The notes: generated by a model from the sequence alone, not told the origin. Numbered from the stretch's first letter, positions 18,706 to 26,359 are shown. The stretch is 32,000 bases of DNA from Moraxella nasovis (GCF_022701215.1 NZ_CP089976.1:1800001-1832000); one strand, 5' to 3'. A program made the numbers and translations.

Positions 18706-18990
18706 CTACCTAGCTAAAAACATTTTTGCATACTCTAGGGCATTTTTATGAGCTTCTGACGCACTTATGCCACTTGAACCATTTTCATGTAAATTGTCGC
18801 TAGCTTGCATGATGTCTTTTTCAAGCATTTTTTGGTAATGAAGCTGTTCTTTTACAGCTCTATCGAGCATTTGTACCGCCATATAGTGAATACTGCGGTT
18901 TTCTTTTTCTGCAAGCTCCTGTAATGCCTGCTTGGTTTCCACATCAATTCTAAGGGAAATGGCGGATTTGCCAGTGGTTGCAGTTTGCAT
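18706..18990 (-). CDS. Ribbon-helix-helix (CopG/ParD-like) antitoxin
   Basis: ISLRIDVETKQALQELAEKENRSIHYMAVQMLDRAV is a classic RHH beta-alpha-alpha pattern. The ATG at 18990 is preceded by AGGA at about -9. The ORF-track start at 19041 is probably too long. Confidence 0.75.
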   Translation of the reverse strand: MQTATTGKSAISLRIDVETKQALQELAEKENRSIHYMAVQMLDRAVKEQLHYQKMLEKDIMQASDNLHENGSSGISASEAHKNALEYAKMFLAR

Positions 18991-19021
18991 GATTATCCTA
19001 AAATTAAACCCTTTTGTCTGA

Positions 19022-19057
19022 TGTATCACATTGTAATACAAATGACGACAGAAGTAA
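19022..19057 (-). promoter_or_regulatory. Putative promoter and operator of the RHH/ParE operon
   Basis: On the minus strand, TTACTT (19052-19057) is followed by a 16-nt spacer and then TACAAT (19030-19035). An imperfect 19-bp palindrome TGTATTACAATGTGATACA (19022-19040) overlaps the -10, as expected for RHH autoregulation. Confidence 0.4.
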
Positions 19058-19150
19058 ATTACACACCAAAATCATAATTATCTTAGGTTCTTTTGTGTTA
19101 TCTCTTTTGTTGAAATTTTGCAATAGTTTTAAAACAGCCACAAAAGCCAA

Positions 19151-19380
19151 ATGGAGCTGTATTTAAATTATTTGGCAAAATATGAGCAAGAGACAGACGA
19201 AAATTCACCGATTGGCATTATTTTTGTACATCCAAAAAGAGCGAACAAATTGAGCTTGTGGGGCTAGAAAACAGCGACATTTATATTGCTGAATATATGA
19301 CTGTATTACCACCCAAAGAGTTATTAGAACAAAAATTACATTTGGCGGTAAAGCGGGCAAGGTTAAGGTTTGATGGGTGA
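19151..19380 (+). pseudogene. Truncated, frameshifted remnant of a YhcG/DUF1016-type PDDEXK nuclease gene (C-terminal part only)
   Basis: One frame reads MELYLNYLAKYEQETDENSPIGIIF. After a frame change around the A-run near 19233-19240 it continues KKSEQIELVGLENSDIYIAEYMTVLPPKELLEQKLHLAVKRARLRFDG*. Together these match the conserved C-terminus of DUF1016 proteins (..YLNY....ENPPIGIIL....). The N-terminal about 250 aa of a full-length gene are absent. Confidence 0.6.
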
Positions 19381-19383
19381 TTT

Positions 19384-19417
19384 AAAAAAAAGCCAAGAAT
19401 TAAATCTTGGCTTTTTA
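19384..19417. terminator. Bidirectional hairpin terminator ending the HAD-PRTase-DprA-like operon
   Basis: agccaaga (19391-19398) pairs with tcttggct (19405-19412). It is flanked by A8 on one side and T5 on the other. Confidence 0.8.
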
Positions 19418-19418
19418 T

Positions 19419-20396
19419 TTAGAGTAACCCACCTTGTACTGCTGGTGTAGTATATTTCAACGATTGATTATTCTTTTTAATGGCTTGCAATAGCTCATTA
19501 ATGTCCTGTCTCATATTATTTGGTTGAATAACAATTGGTTTGGGTTGCTCTTGGATAATTTGTCGATTTAAGTCATATTTTGGATTGCTTCGGTGAATAT
19601 TATCGTAAATTACCGCTTGCAAAAGCCCATATTTTTTGGCTTTCTCTAATGCGTGCCGAGCACCACTATCATTACCCTGATCATTTTGGGCATAGCTTGC
19701 AGATAATAAAACACAATCGCTATACAATGCTTGCAATCTGTCTCTTTCGATATAACGAGAGATAATTTTGCGTTGGTCCGTCGGTGTTGTTAAATATTCT
19801 GTAACTAGCAATCCACCATTTTCAACAATCTCTTCTGCTAATTGTTTGTTAGCGGCAGGTTGAATATTATTTAATGGACTGGGTAAAATTGCAAGCGTTA
19901 AACCACCTGATTGCAATGTCTGCCTATGGGCAATTTCATCGCAGCCTTTTGCTAAGCCACTCACAATAACTACATTTTGCTTTACCAATTCATCGACAAT
20001 TGCCCTTTCATCTTGCTCGGTAACATCATCAGGATTAAGCAAACCAATCACCGCAATATTGGTATTATTTTTGGATAAAAGTGATAAATCACCTTTATAA
20101 AATAATGCGATAGGCTTATCTCCATCAGTCACTTTACCACGATATACAGGAAATTTACTGTCGTGCAATGCTACCAAACCATCACAACTTTCACCCAACG
20201 CCAAAATTTTTTGTTCAATAAAATCTCGTTTTTGTTTAAAATCTTCTTCTGTTGCCGTTGGATATTTTACAGCAATTTTCTCTACTATGCTTTCTAGGCA
20301 GTCTGTTGCTAAAATATTTTTATGAACCCACGCTTTGCCGATACCTCTGTACAATAAGGTGGTCAGAATATTTAATGCATTATCTGTGTATTTCAT
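19419..20396 (-). CDS. DprA/Smf-like (SLOG-superfamily Rossmann) protein; putative antitoxin/sensor component (ShosA-like)
   Basis: The core aligns by eye to the DprA Rossmann domain: LFYKGDLSLL, IAVIG, VIVSGLAKGCDEIAH (compare SGlA.GID..AH), GGLTLAILPSPLNNIQPAANKQLAEEIVENGGLLVTEY, RYIERDRLQALYSDCVLLSAS and DSGARHALEKAKKYG. The N-terminus has a GIG helix-hairpin-helix-like motif (LLYRGIGKAW). It sits 9 nt after the PRTase stop. Confidence 0.75.
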   Translation of the reverse strand: MKYTDNALNILTTLLYRGIGKAWVHKNILATDCLESIVEKIAVKYPTATEEDFKQKRDFIEQKILALGESCDGLVALHDSKFPVYRGKVTDGDKPIALFYKGDLSLLSKNNTNIAVIGLLNPDDVTEQDERAIVDELVKQNVVIVSGLAKGCDEIAHRQTLQSGGLTLAILPSPLNNIQPAANKQLAEEIVENGGLLVTEYLTTPTDQRKIISRYIERDRLQALYSDCVLLSASYAQNDQGNDSGARHALEKAKKYGLLQAVIYDNIHRSNPKYDLNRQIIQEQPKPIVIQPNNMRQDINELLQAIKKNNQSLKYTTPAVQGGLL

Positions 20397-20405
20397 TATG
20401 TTGCC

Positions 20406-21086
20406 TTAGATAAATTCGATTGTGCTTCTTTTTGTAAATTGGAAATGTCTCGACTTTAAAACCGTTCTTGCAATAGCAAATAGCGTAACACTTTTTGCTC
20501 CGCAATCCAACAATGCCTGTAAGACATCTTCATCAATATTGATACTTTTTGTATAAATATCATCAATCAATAAAATATGCTTACCTGCAATTTCTGGCGA
20601 TAATTGACAAGTGTCTTTAGTGATGCCAACATAAGGCATATCGCCATCATTTTCTATACTTAAACATCTCCCATTAAGATGGGTTGTTCTGGTGTTTCTC
20701 GTTCTGATGATAAAGTCAATACCATCACCAAATAAATTTTGATTAAGTTTATCTGATCCTACAATAGCTTGAAATAATATTCTAAAAATCAATTGATATT
20801 CAGAATAAGTCTCTAATGCTTTTGCTCTAGGTACAACACAAATATATAATTTATCACTTAAATCTAGTTGCTGATAAATATAATTTAACTCATCAATAAG
20901 ATTGTACTTTAACGCTTTCACAGCACTCATTAACTCATTCTTGGGAGTTTTATTAAAGGTGTTTTTTAACGTATTAAGATAATCTGGATTATTGGGTTGT
21001 TGATAGCCCACATAATCCGTACGATAAAAACCTTGTACATTCTGATGTAAAAAATCATTACGTTCAACAATAAATTTATGCAGCAT
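20406..21086 (-). CDS. ComF-type phosphoribosyltransferase-domain protein; putative toxin/effector (ShosT-like)
   Basis: Has a PRTase acidic motif HILLIDDIYT followed by GAKSVTLFAIART. ComF-like upstream elements are ICVVPRAKA and IIRTRNTRTTHL. The ATG at 21086 has GGAG 9 nt upstream, which gives an 11-nt overlap with the HAD gene. Longer ORF-track starts are less likely. Confidence 0.7.
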   Translation of the reverse strand: MLHKFIVERNDFLHQNVQGFYRTDYVGYQQPNNPDYLNTLKNTFNKTPKNELMSAVKALKYNLIDELNYIYQQLDLSDKLYICVVPRAKALETYSEYQLIFRILFQAIVGSDKLNQNLFGDGIDFIIRTRNTRTTHLNGRCLSIENDGDMPYVGITKDTCQLSPEIAGKHILLIDDIYTKSINIDEDVLQALLDCGAKSVTLFAIARTVLKSRHFQFTKRSTIEFI

Positions 21087-21660
21087 AAAAATAATCTCCA
21101 TCTGTATAAACAATCTGATGTGCTAAAACCCCTGCCTTAAGAGCATTTTCAATTTCTGTTTTACAATTTTCAAAAACAAAAACTTGGTTAGCACTTAATG
21201 CTAATAAATCCAAAGCATAAGCATATTTATTTTGGGGGTGGCAGATAATTCCTTTAAATAAATACTGTAGCTGATGATATTGCAGCGTTTGCTTTATACG
21301 CTGTTCATCGCCTGAACTTACCAAATAAAAATGATAGTTTTTATAAAACTTCTCTATAAATTTCAACAAATTATCATTTACTTTTGTTTTTGATAAAAAC
21401 ATCGGATATATCTGCCTCTTACGCTTTACCACCCAATCTATTTGCTCATTGGACAAACCAAATTCCTTTAATATTATCTTTGTTAATCTCTTGCTATAAT
21501 GTAGATTTTTTGCATTAAAATTAGACAACTCTCTCAGGGCATTTAAATACGACTGCGTATTAGCAATATCGGTATCAACCAATGTTCCATCTAAATCAAT
21601 AAATATTACACTGTTAGAGTTGATTTTTTTACCAAAATCGTCTAGCATAAGTTGTTTCAT
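21076..21660 (-). CDS. HAD-superfamily (subfamily IA-like, capped) phosphatase
   Basis: Motif I is FIDLDGTLVDT (DxDGT nucleophile), motif II is YLVSSG, a conserved Lys candidate is NKY, and motif IV-like is VFVFENCKTEIENALKAG. A helical cap insert lies between motifs I and II. Confidence 0.75.
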   Translation of the reverse strand: MKQLMLDDFGKKINSNSVIFIDLDGTLVDTDIANTQSYLNALRELSNFNAKNLHYSKRLTKIILKEFGLSNEQIDWVVKRKRQIYPMFLSKTKVNDNLLKFIEKFYKNYHFYLVSSGDEQRIKQTLQYHQLQYLFKGIICHPQNKYAYALDLLALSANQVFVFENCKTEIENALKAGVLAHQIVYTDGDYFYAA

Positions 21661-21671
21661 AATGGTTAATT

Positions 21672-21699
21672 ATTGTATAAATTTCTGTACCGCAATCAA
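21672..21699 (-). promoter_or_regulatory. Putative sigma70 promoter of the HAD-PRTase-DprA-like operon
   Basis: On the minus strand, TTGATT (21694-21699) is followed by a 16-nt spacer and then TACAAT (21672-21677). The -10 ends only 11 nt before the HAD ATG. That implies a very short or leaderless 5' UTR, and no SD is visible. Confidence 0.4.
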
Positions 21700-21758
21700 C
21701 CAACAACTCCGACTTTTCACACCCACTTTTTCATCATCTCGCCCACAAAAGGGGCTTT

Positions 21759-22103
21759 ATGAACATCACAAAAACCTTGTCAATCTTAGAAAAGAAAACC
21801 GTCTGACCCAAGGGCAAATGGCAGAAAAATTATAAATGCCCAAAAATGGTTATATAAAGCTCGAGCGTGGTGAAAATAGAATTACCATTGAGCATTTATT
21901 TAAAATCGCCCAAGAGTTTAATATTGATGTTAGTGAGTTATTAAAAGAACATAAAGATATTATTTTTTTTATTGGGCGATAATAATACAAATTACGCCAA
22001 CCGTTACTATGGTGAGACAACCGCACAAATAGAAAAACTAGAACTCATCATCGCCCAAAAAGACAAAGAAATCGCATCATTAAGACAGCTGCTTGATAAA
22101 TAA
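21759..22103 (+). pseudogene. Disrupted XRE-family HTH regulator gene, divergent from the three-gene operon
   Basis: An ATG at 21759 opens a frame that stops after 15 codons. The HTH (HKNLVNLRKENRLTQGQMAEKL*MPKNGYIKLERGENRITIEHLFKIAQEFNIDVSELL) lies in a different frame and contains an in-frame TAA at 21833-21835. The coiled-coil tail (LGDNNTNYANRYYGETTAQIEKLELIIAQKDKEIASLRQLLDK*) returns to the ATG frame after a T8 run at 21963-21970. Confidence 0.6.
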
Positions 22104-22193
22104 TGAGTGAGTATTCATTCATTTTCTAAGCCAAACCAATTTTTACTAAGCATTGCAGTTTGGTTATTTGATTTGTTATTATGCTAAAAGCCA

Positions 22194-22220
22194 AAACCAC
22201 GCCTAGACGTGGTTTTTATT
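22194..22220. terminator. Hairpin terminator at the islet/dpp boundary
   Basis: aaaccacg (22194-22201) pairs with cgtggttt (22208-22215), followed by a T-run. It is well placed to end the plus-strand XRE remnant. A second small hairpin agtcaa/ttgact (22264-22281) sits immediately after the dppF stop. Confidence 0.65.
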
Positions 22221-22288
22221 ATTCTAAATTAAGGTAAATCAGTAAGATTAGTTAAAAATTTCTAGTCAAGTTGTTTTGACTATGACCT

Positions 22289-23254
22289 TTAAATCTCTTC
22301 AATGCGGATACATGCTACTTTACGTCCTTGCCACTCACGAAGTGGCGGCTCTATCATCGCACATTCTGCACTGGCGTGCGGACAGCGTTGGTGTAAGGCA
22401 CAGCCTGTTGGCGGATTGAGCGGACTTGGTAGCTCCCCTGTGAGTTTAAGCTTTTCTTTTTTGACGGTAAGACTTGGCGCTGCCGACAGCAATGCTTTCG
22501 TGTAAGGGTGCATGGGACTGGAAAACACATCATCAGTCTTACCATGTTCTACCACCTTGCCAAGATACATGACGACAATCTCATCGGCAACGTGCTCAAC
22601 GACTGATAAGTTATGTGAGATGAACACATAAGCGGTGTGATATTCGTCTTGTAAATCCATAAAAAGATTAAGCACTTGGGCTTGGATAGATACATCAAGG
22701 GCAGAAGTCGGTTCATCTGCCACGACAATTTTAGGGTTTAGCATCATCGCACGGGCTAGAGCGATACGCTGACGCTGACCACCTGAGAACATATGCGGAT
22801 AGCGACTGGCGTGTTCTGGACGCAGACCCACCGTTTTCATCATGGTAACAGCTCGCTCGGTACGCTCAGCCTTATTAAAGCGATTATGAATGATGAGCGG
22901 CTCGATAAGCTGATAGGCGATGGTTTGGCGTGGATTAAGACTGGCATAGGGGTTTTGGAACACCATTTGAATTTCGGTGCGTTTTTGCTTTAGCTCTTTG
23001 TTGCTTAATTTGGCGGTATTGGTGCCGTTAATGATAAGCTCGCCTGAGGTTGGCGATTCAATCAAAGTCAGCTGACGAGCAAGCGTGGATTTACCACAGC
23101 CAGATTCCCCCACCACAGCAATGGTTTTACCTGCTGATAAGTCAAAAGATACGCCATTTAATGCCTTAACAACTTGCTTAGGTTTGCCAAGTCCGCCTGC
23201 TACATCATAATGGCGAGTTAGGTTGTTGGCGATAAGCACTTTTTGGTCATTCAT
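22289..23254 (-). CDS. dppF: Dipeptide ABC transporter ATP-binding protein DppF
   Basis: Walker [10 protein letters not shown], signature FSGGQRQR, Walker [11 protein letters not shown], and the oligopeptide-type C-terminal domain. It is the last gene of the dppABCDF order. Confidence 0.9.
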   Translation of the reverse strand: MNDQKVLIANNLTRHYDVAGGLGKPKQVVKALNGVSFDLSAGKTIAVVGESGCGKSTLARQLTLIESPTSGELIINGTNTAKLSNKELKQKRTEIQMVFQNPYASLNPRQTIAYQLIEPLIIHNRFNKAERTERAVTMMKTVGLRPEHASRYPHMFSGGQRQRIALARAMMLNPKIVVADEPTSALDVSIQAQVLNLFMDLQDEYHTAYVFISHNLSVVEHVADEIVVMYLGKVVEHGKTDDVFSSPMHPYTKALLSAAPSLTVKKEKLKLTGELPSPLNPPTGCALHQRCPHASAECAMIEPPLREWQGRKVACIRIEEI

Positions 23255-24240
23255 ACGCTTACTCCTTTTAAATCAGCAAGGTTGTTGCTAATACAACGTA
23301 CTTTCCCATAAGCTGTATCTAGCATGGCAGGTGGGATATGGCACGCTTCACGTACATAGGGGCAGCGTGGCGACAATAAACAACCGACTGGTCGGTCGTA
23401 TTGACTAGGGACAACTCCTGCCAGTGATTGTAGACGGCTTTTGCCACGTGAAAATTCTGGCACAGCTTGTAATAAGGCTTCGGTATAAGGGTGGGCAGGA
23501 TTCTCAAAAATCGCTGGCACACGACTGGTTTCCACCACTTGACCTGCATACATCACCGCCACATGATGAGCATTTTCGGCAACCAGACCTAAATCATGCG
23601 TGATAAGAATCATTGCCATCTGCCGCTCGCTTTGTAAACGGTGTAATAGTTCCATGATTTGAGCTTGCACGGTGACATCAAGAGCGGTGGTCGGCTCATC
23701 AGCGATAAGCAGTTTAGGCTCACAAGCAAGTGCCATCGCAATCATCACACGCTGACTCATACCCCCTGATAGCTGATGTGGATATGCCTTTAATCGTCCC
23801 TTAGCATCAGGTATCTCTACCATCTCAAGTAGCTCTATCGCTCTTTGGCGAGCCTTAGCTCCTTTTAAGCCTAGGTGGGCAGATAGCACTTCGGTGATTT
23901 GCATTTCGATGGTAAAGCTTGGATTTAGGCTGGTCATCGCATCTTGGAAAATCATCGAGATATCTTTGCCGATGATTTGGCGTTTTTGGCGTGCATTCAT
24001 GCTTAAAAGGTCTTTACCGTCAAATTGCATACGATTGGCGTGGATATTTGCCGTATTTGGCAAAAGTCCCATCAGTGCCATCATAGAGACCGACTTGCCA
24101 GAGCCTGACTCGCCCACCACTGCCAGCACTTCACCTGCTGACACAGATAGCGAGACCGAATCTACCGCACGAAAGGCACGAACCCCTTGCCCGAATACCA
24201 CTTGTAATTGTTCAATATCTAATAAAGGCTGTTTCATCAT
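23251..24240 (-). CDS. dppD: Dipeptide ABC transporter ATP-binding protein DppD
   Basis: Walker A GESGSGKS, signature LSGGMSQR, Walker [11 protein letters not shown]. It has a 4-nt overlap with both dppC and dppF. Confidence 0.9.
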   Translation of the reverse strand: MMKQPLLDIEQLQVVFGQGVRAFRAVDSVSLSVSAGEVLAVVGESGSGKSVSMMALMGLLPNTANIHANRMQFDGKDLLSMNARQKRQIIGKDISMIFQDAMTSLNPSFTIEMQITEVLSAHLGLKGAKARQRAIELLEMVEIPDAKGRLKAYPHQLSGGMSQRVMIAMALACEPKLLIADEPTTALDVTVQAQIMELLHRLQSERQMAMILITHDLGLVAENAHHVAVMYAGQVVETSRVPAIFENPAHPYTEALLQAVPEFSRGKSRLQSLAGVVPSQYDRPVGCLLSPRCPYVREACHIPPAMLDTAYGKVRCISNNLADLKGVSV

Positions 24241-25130
24241 GATACCTGCTTGAGTTTGGGGTCAAGGGCATCACGAAGCCCATCGCCAGTTAGGTTCACC
24301 GATAAAGCGGCAGTAAAAATTGCAAGACCTGGAAAAATAGCCATCCAGACATTGCTTTGAATGTATTGGCGAGCATTACCCAGCATCGCCCCCCATTCTG
24401 CCAAAGGTGGTTGTACGCCAAAGCCAAGAAAGCCAATCGCCCCTGCTTCTAAGATGGCAGACGAGAAAATCATCGTGGCTTGGACAATCAAAGGCCCCAT
24501 ACAGTTTGGTAATACCGTAATCAGCATCAGTCGTGGCAGACTTGCTCCCATCACACGAGCTGCTGACACATAATCACGCTGCAATTCCACTAAGGCGGTG
24601 GCTCTGGTGATACGAATAAACGGCGGCATACATACCAAGGCAATGGTAATAATCGTATTTATCATCGACGGACCAAGAATGGCAGCAATGATAATGGCAA
24701 GTAGCAGGCCTGGATATGACATGACAATGTCGTTGATAAGCATGATGACTTTGCCAAGCACTTTTGGCCAAAAGGCAGCAATCAAGCCTAACGTTACCCC
24801 AATTATCATCGCAATAATGGTGGCAGTCAAGCCAATCATAAGTGAGTAGCGAGCACCATATAATAAGCGTGAGAGCGTGTCTCGTCCTGCATCGTCTGTG
24901 CCAAAGATAAATTCACTTGTGCCACCAAAGAGCATGGGCGGCAACTGTTCTTTTCCAGTATGTAAGATATTGGGGTCATAAGGGGCGATAACTGGGGCAA
25001 ATACCGCACCTAGCACCATCAAAATAAGTACGATTAGCCCTATGACTGCACCTTTATTCTTAAAAAAGGTGGCGACAAATTGTTGCCATTCGCTGGGCGG
25101 TTTTGGGGCAGTTGTGATTGTCGTGGACAT
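24237..25130 (-). CDS. dppC: Dipeptide ABC transporter permease DppC
   Basis: BPD-type permease with the EAA-loop region ([12 protein letters not shown]) and the N-terminal DppC-like segment [18 protein letters not shown]. Confidence 0.9.
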   Translation of the reverse strand: MSTTITTAPKPPSEWQQFVATFFKNKGAVIGLIVLILMVLGAVFAPVIAPYDPNILHTGKEQLPPMLFGGTSEFIFGTDDAGRDTLSRLLYGARYSLMIGLTATIIAMIIGVTLGLIAAFWPKVLGKVIMLINDIVMSYPGLLLAIIIAAILGPSMINTIITIALVCMPPFIRITRATALVELQRDYVSAARVMGASLPRLMLITVLPNCMGPLIVQATMIFSSAILEAGAIGFLGFGVQPPLAEWGAMLGNARQYIQSNVWMAIFPGLAIFTAALSVNLTGDGLRDALDPKLKQVS

Positions 25131-25153
25131 AGCATTTTCCTTATATTATCGCA

Positions 25154-26170
25154 TCAGGCGGCATGACGAATGCGTGGATTAATCAAGCCGTAAGTAATAT
25201 CAACCAAAAGGCTAATAAACATAAGCATGGTTGCCACAAGCAAAATGCCGTTTTGGACAATCGGATAATCTCGACTAAAAAAGCCATCTAACAGCCATGT
25301 ACCTACACCTGGCCAGCTAAAAATCGTCTCAGTTAAAATCGCCCCTGCCATCAGCTGTGCCATTTGTAAACCAATCACTGTAATCACTGTAATCATGGTA
25401 TTACGCAAAACGTGTACTAAGATAATGCGAGTAGGCGACAGACCTTTTGCCTTAGCAGTACGAATATAGTCTTCGCCTAATACTTCAAGCATAGCAGAGC
25501 GTGTCATACGAGCAATCATCGCCATTGGAATAGTGGATAAGGCGATGGACGGTAAGATAAAATGCTTGACCACATCCCAAAATGCAGCTAAGTTGCCAGA
25601 CAGTGCTGAGCCAAGTAGCCATGAGCCATATTTAGGTTCAATATCAATAAACTCAATAATATTAATCACCCCAGAGACGGGTAATAGACCCAAATAATGA
25701 GCAAAAATCCCTGTCAAAATCGGACCGAGCAAATAAATTGGCATAGAATAGCCTGCCAACGCTCCACTCATTAAGGCATAATCAAGCCAAGTGCCACGTT
25801 TTAAAGCAGCAGCAATGCCAAGCGACACCCCAACAATCGAAGCGATAATCATCGCACAAATAGCAAGCTCAAGTGTCGGCACAAAATGATGAAAAAAATC
25901 TTGTAATACAGGGGTACGGGTACGAAAGGTTTCGCCAAAATCCCCACTTAAAATTCTAACCAAATAATCCCAATATTGCACGATGATGGGCTTATCTAAC
26001 CCCAGACGTGTCAGCATTTCTGCACGCAAGGCAGGGTCAACGGTGCGTTCGCCCATCATGACTTGTACCACATCTCCTGGCACTAGACGAATAAGTGTAA
26101 AAGTAGAGATGGTAAGCCCAATATAAATGGGAATCATAAGCAAAATACGGCGTAAGATAAAAGCAAACAT
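25154..26170 (-). CDS. dppB: Dipeptide ABC transporter permease DppB
   Basis: Colinear with E. coli DppB (ILRR...IPGD, MTRSAMLEVLGEDYIRTAKAKGL, AGAILTETIFSWPG, NPRIRH). Confidence 0.92.
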   Translation of the reverse strand: MFAFILRRILLMIPIYIGLTISTFTLIRLVPGDVVQVMMGERTVDPALRAEMLTRLGLDKPIIVQYWDYLVRILSGDFGETFRTRTPVLQDFFHHFVPTLELAICAMIIASIVGVSLGIAAALKRGTWLDYALMSGALAGYSMPIYLLGPILTGIFAHYLGLLPVSGVINIIEFIDIEPKYGSWLLGSALSGNLAAFWDVVKHFILPSIALSTIPMAMIARMTRSAMLEVLGEDYIRTAKAKGLSPTRIILVHVLRNTMITVITVIGLQMAQLMAGAILTETIFSWPGVGTWLLDGFFSRDYPIVQNGILLVATMLMFISLLVDITYGLINPRIRHAA

Positions 26171-26359
26171 ACTTATTTTTTTCCGTGTTTAGGGAGGGGC
26201 GGTGTGGTAGGTTGGTTTAAGATGCAGTGTAAGTGTGTTTGGCTTGATGATAAATCAAATAATGGTTAAACATGGATAGACTTATGCGACAAGCTGGCGT
26301 TTAGTTGTCTTAATTATTATTCAAGTTTAAAATGACCGCTGTATCATGCCATTGCCTAA

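Noticed and set aside
19419-21086. Reading the PRTase and DprA-like genes as the organism's housekeeping comF and dprA competence genes.
   Set aside because: Both are divergent from the canonical signatures. They are embedded in an AT-rich islet with TA and nuclease debris and are operonic with a HAD gene, unlike typical dprA or comF contexts. This cannot be fully excluded without the whole genome.
21620-21835. 71-aa plus-strand ORF taken at face value as a small protein.
   Set aside because: Its first about 45 codons overlap the HAD start and the operon promoter and look non-coding. Only its last about 25 codons are meaningful, being the first half of an XRE HTH. It is better explained as part of a disrupted regulator gene.
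17820-22288. tRNA, tmRNA, integrase or direct-repeat att sites marking the islet borders; CRISPR repeats.
   Set aside because: I scanned both borders by eye. I found no cloverleaf or T-loop signature, no tmRNA-like 5'/3' ends, no recombinase ORF, no matching direct repeats of about 12 bp or more, and no regularly spaced repeats.
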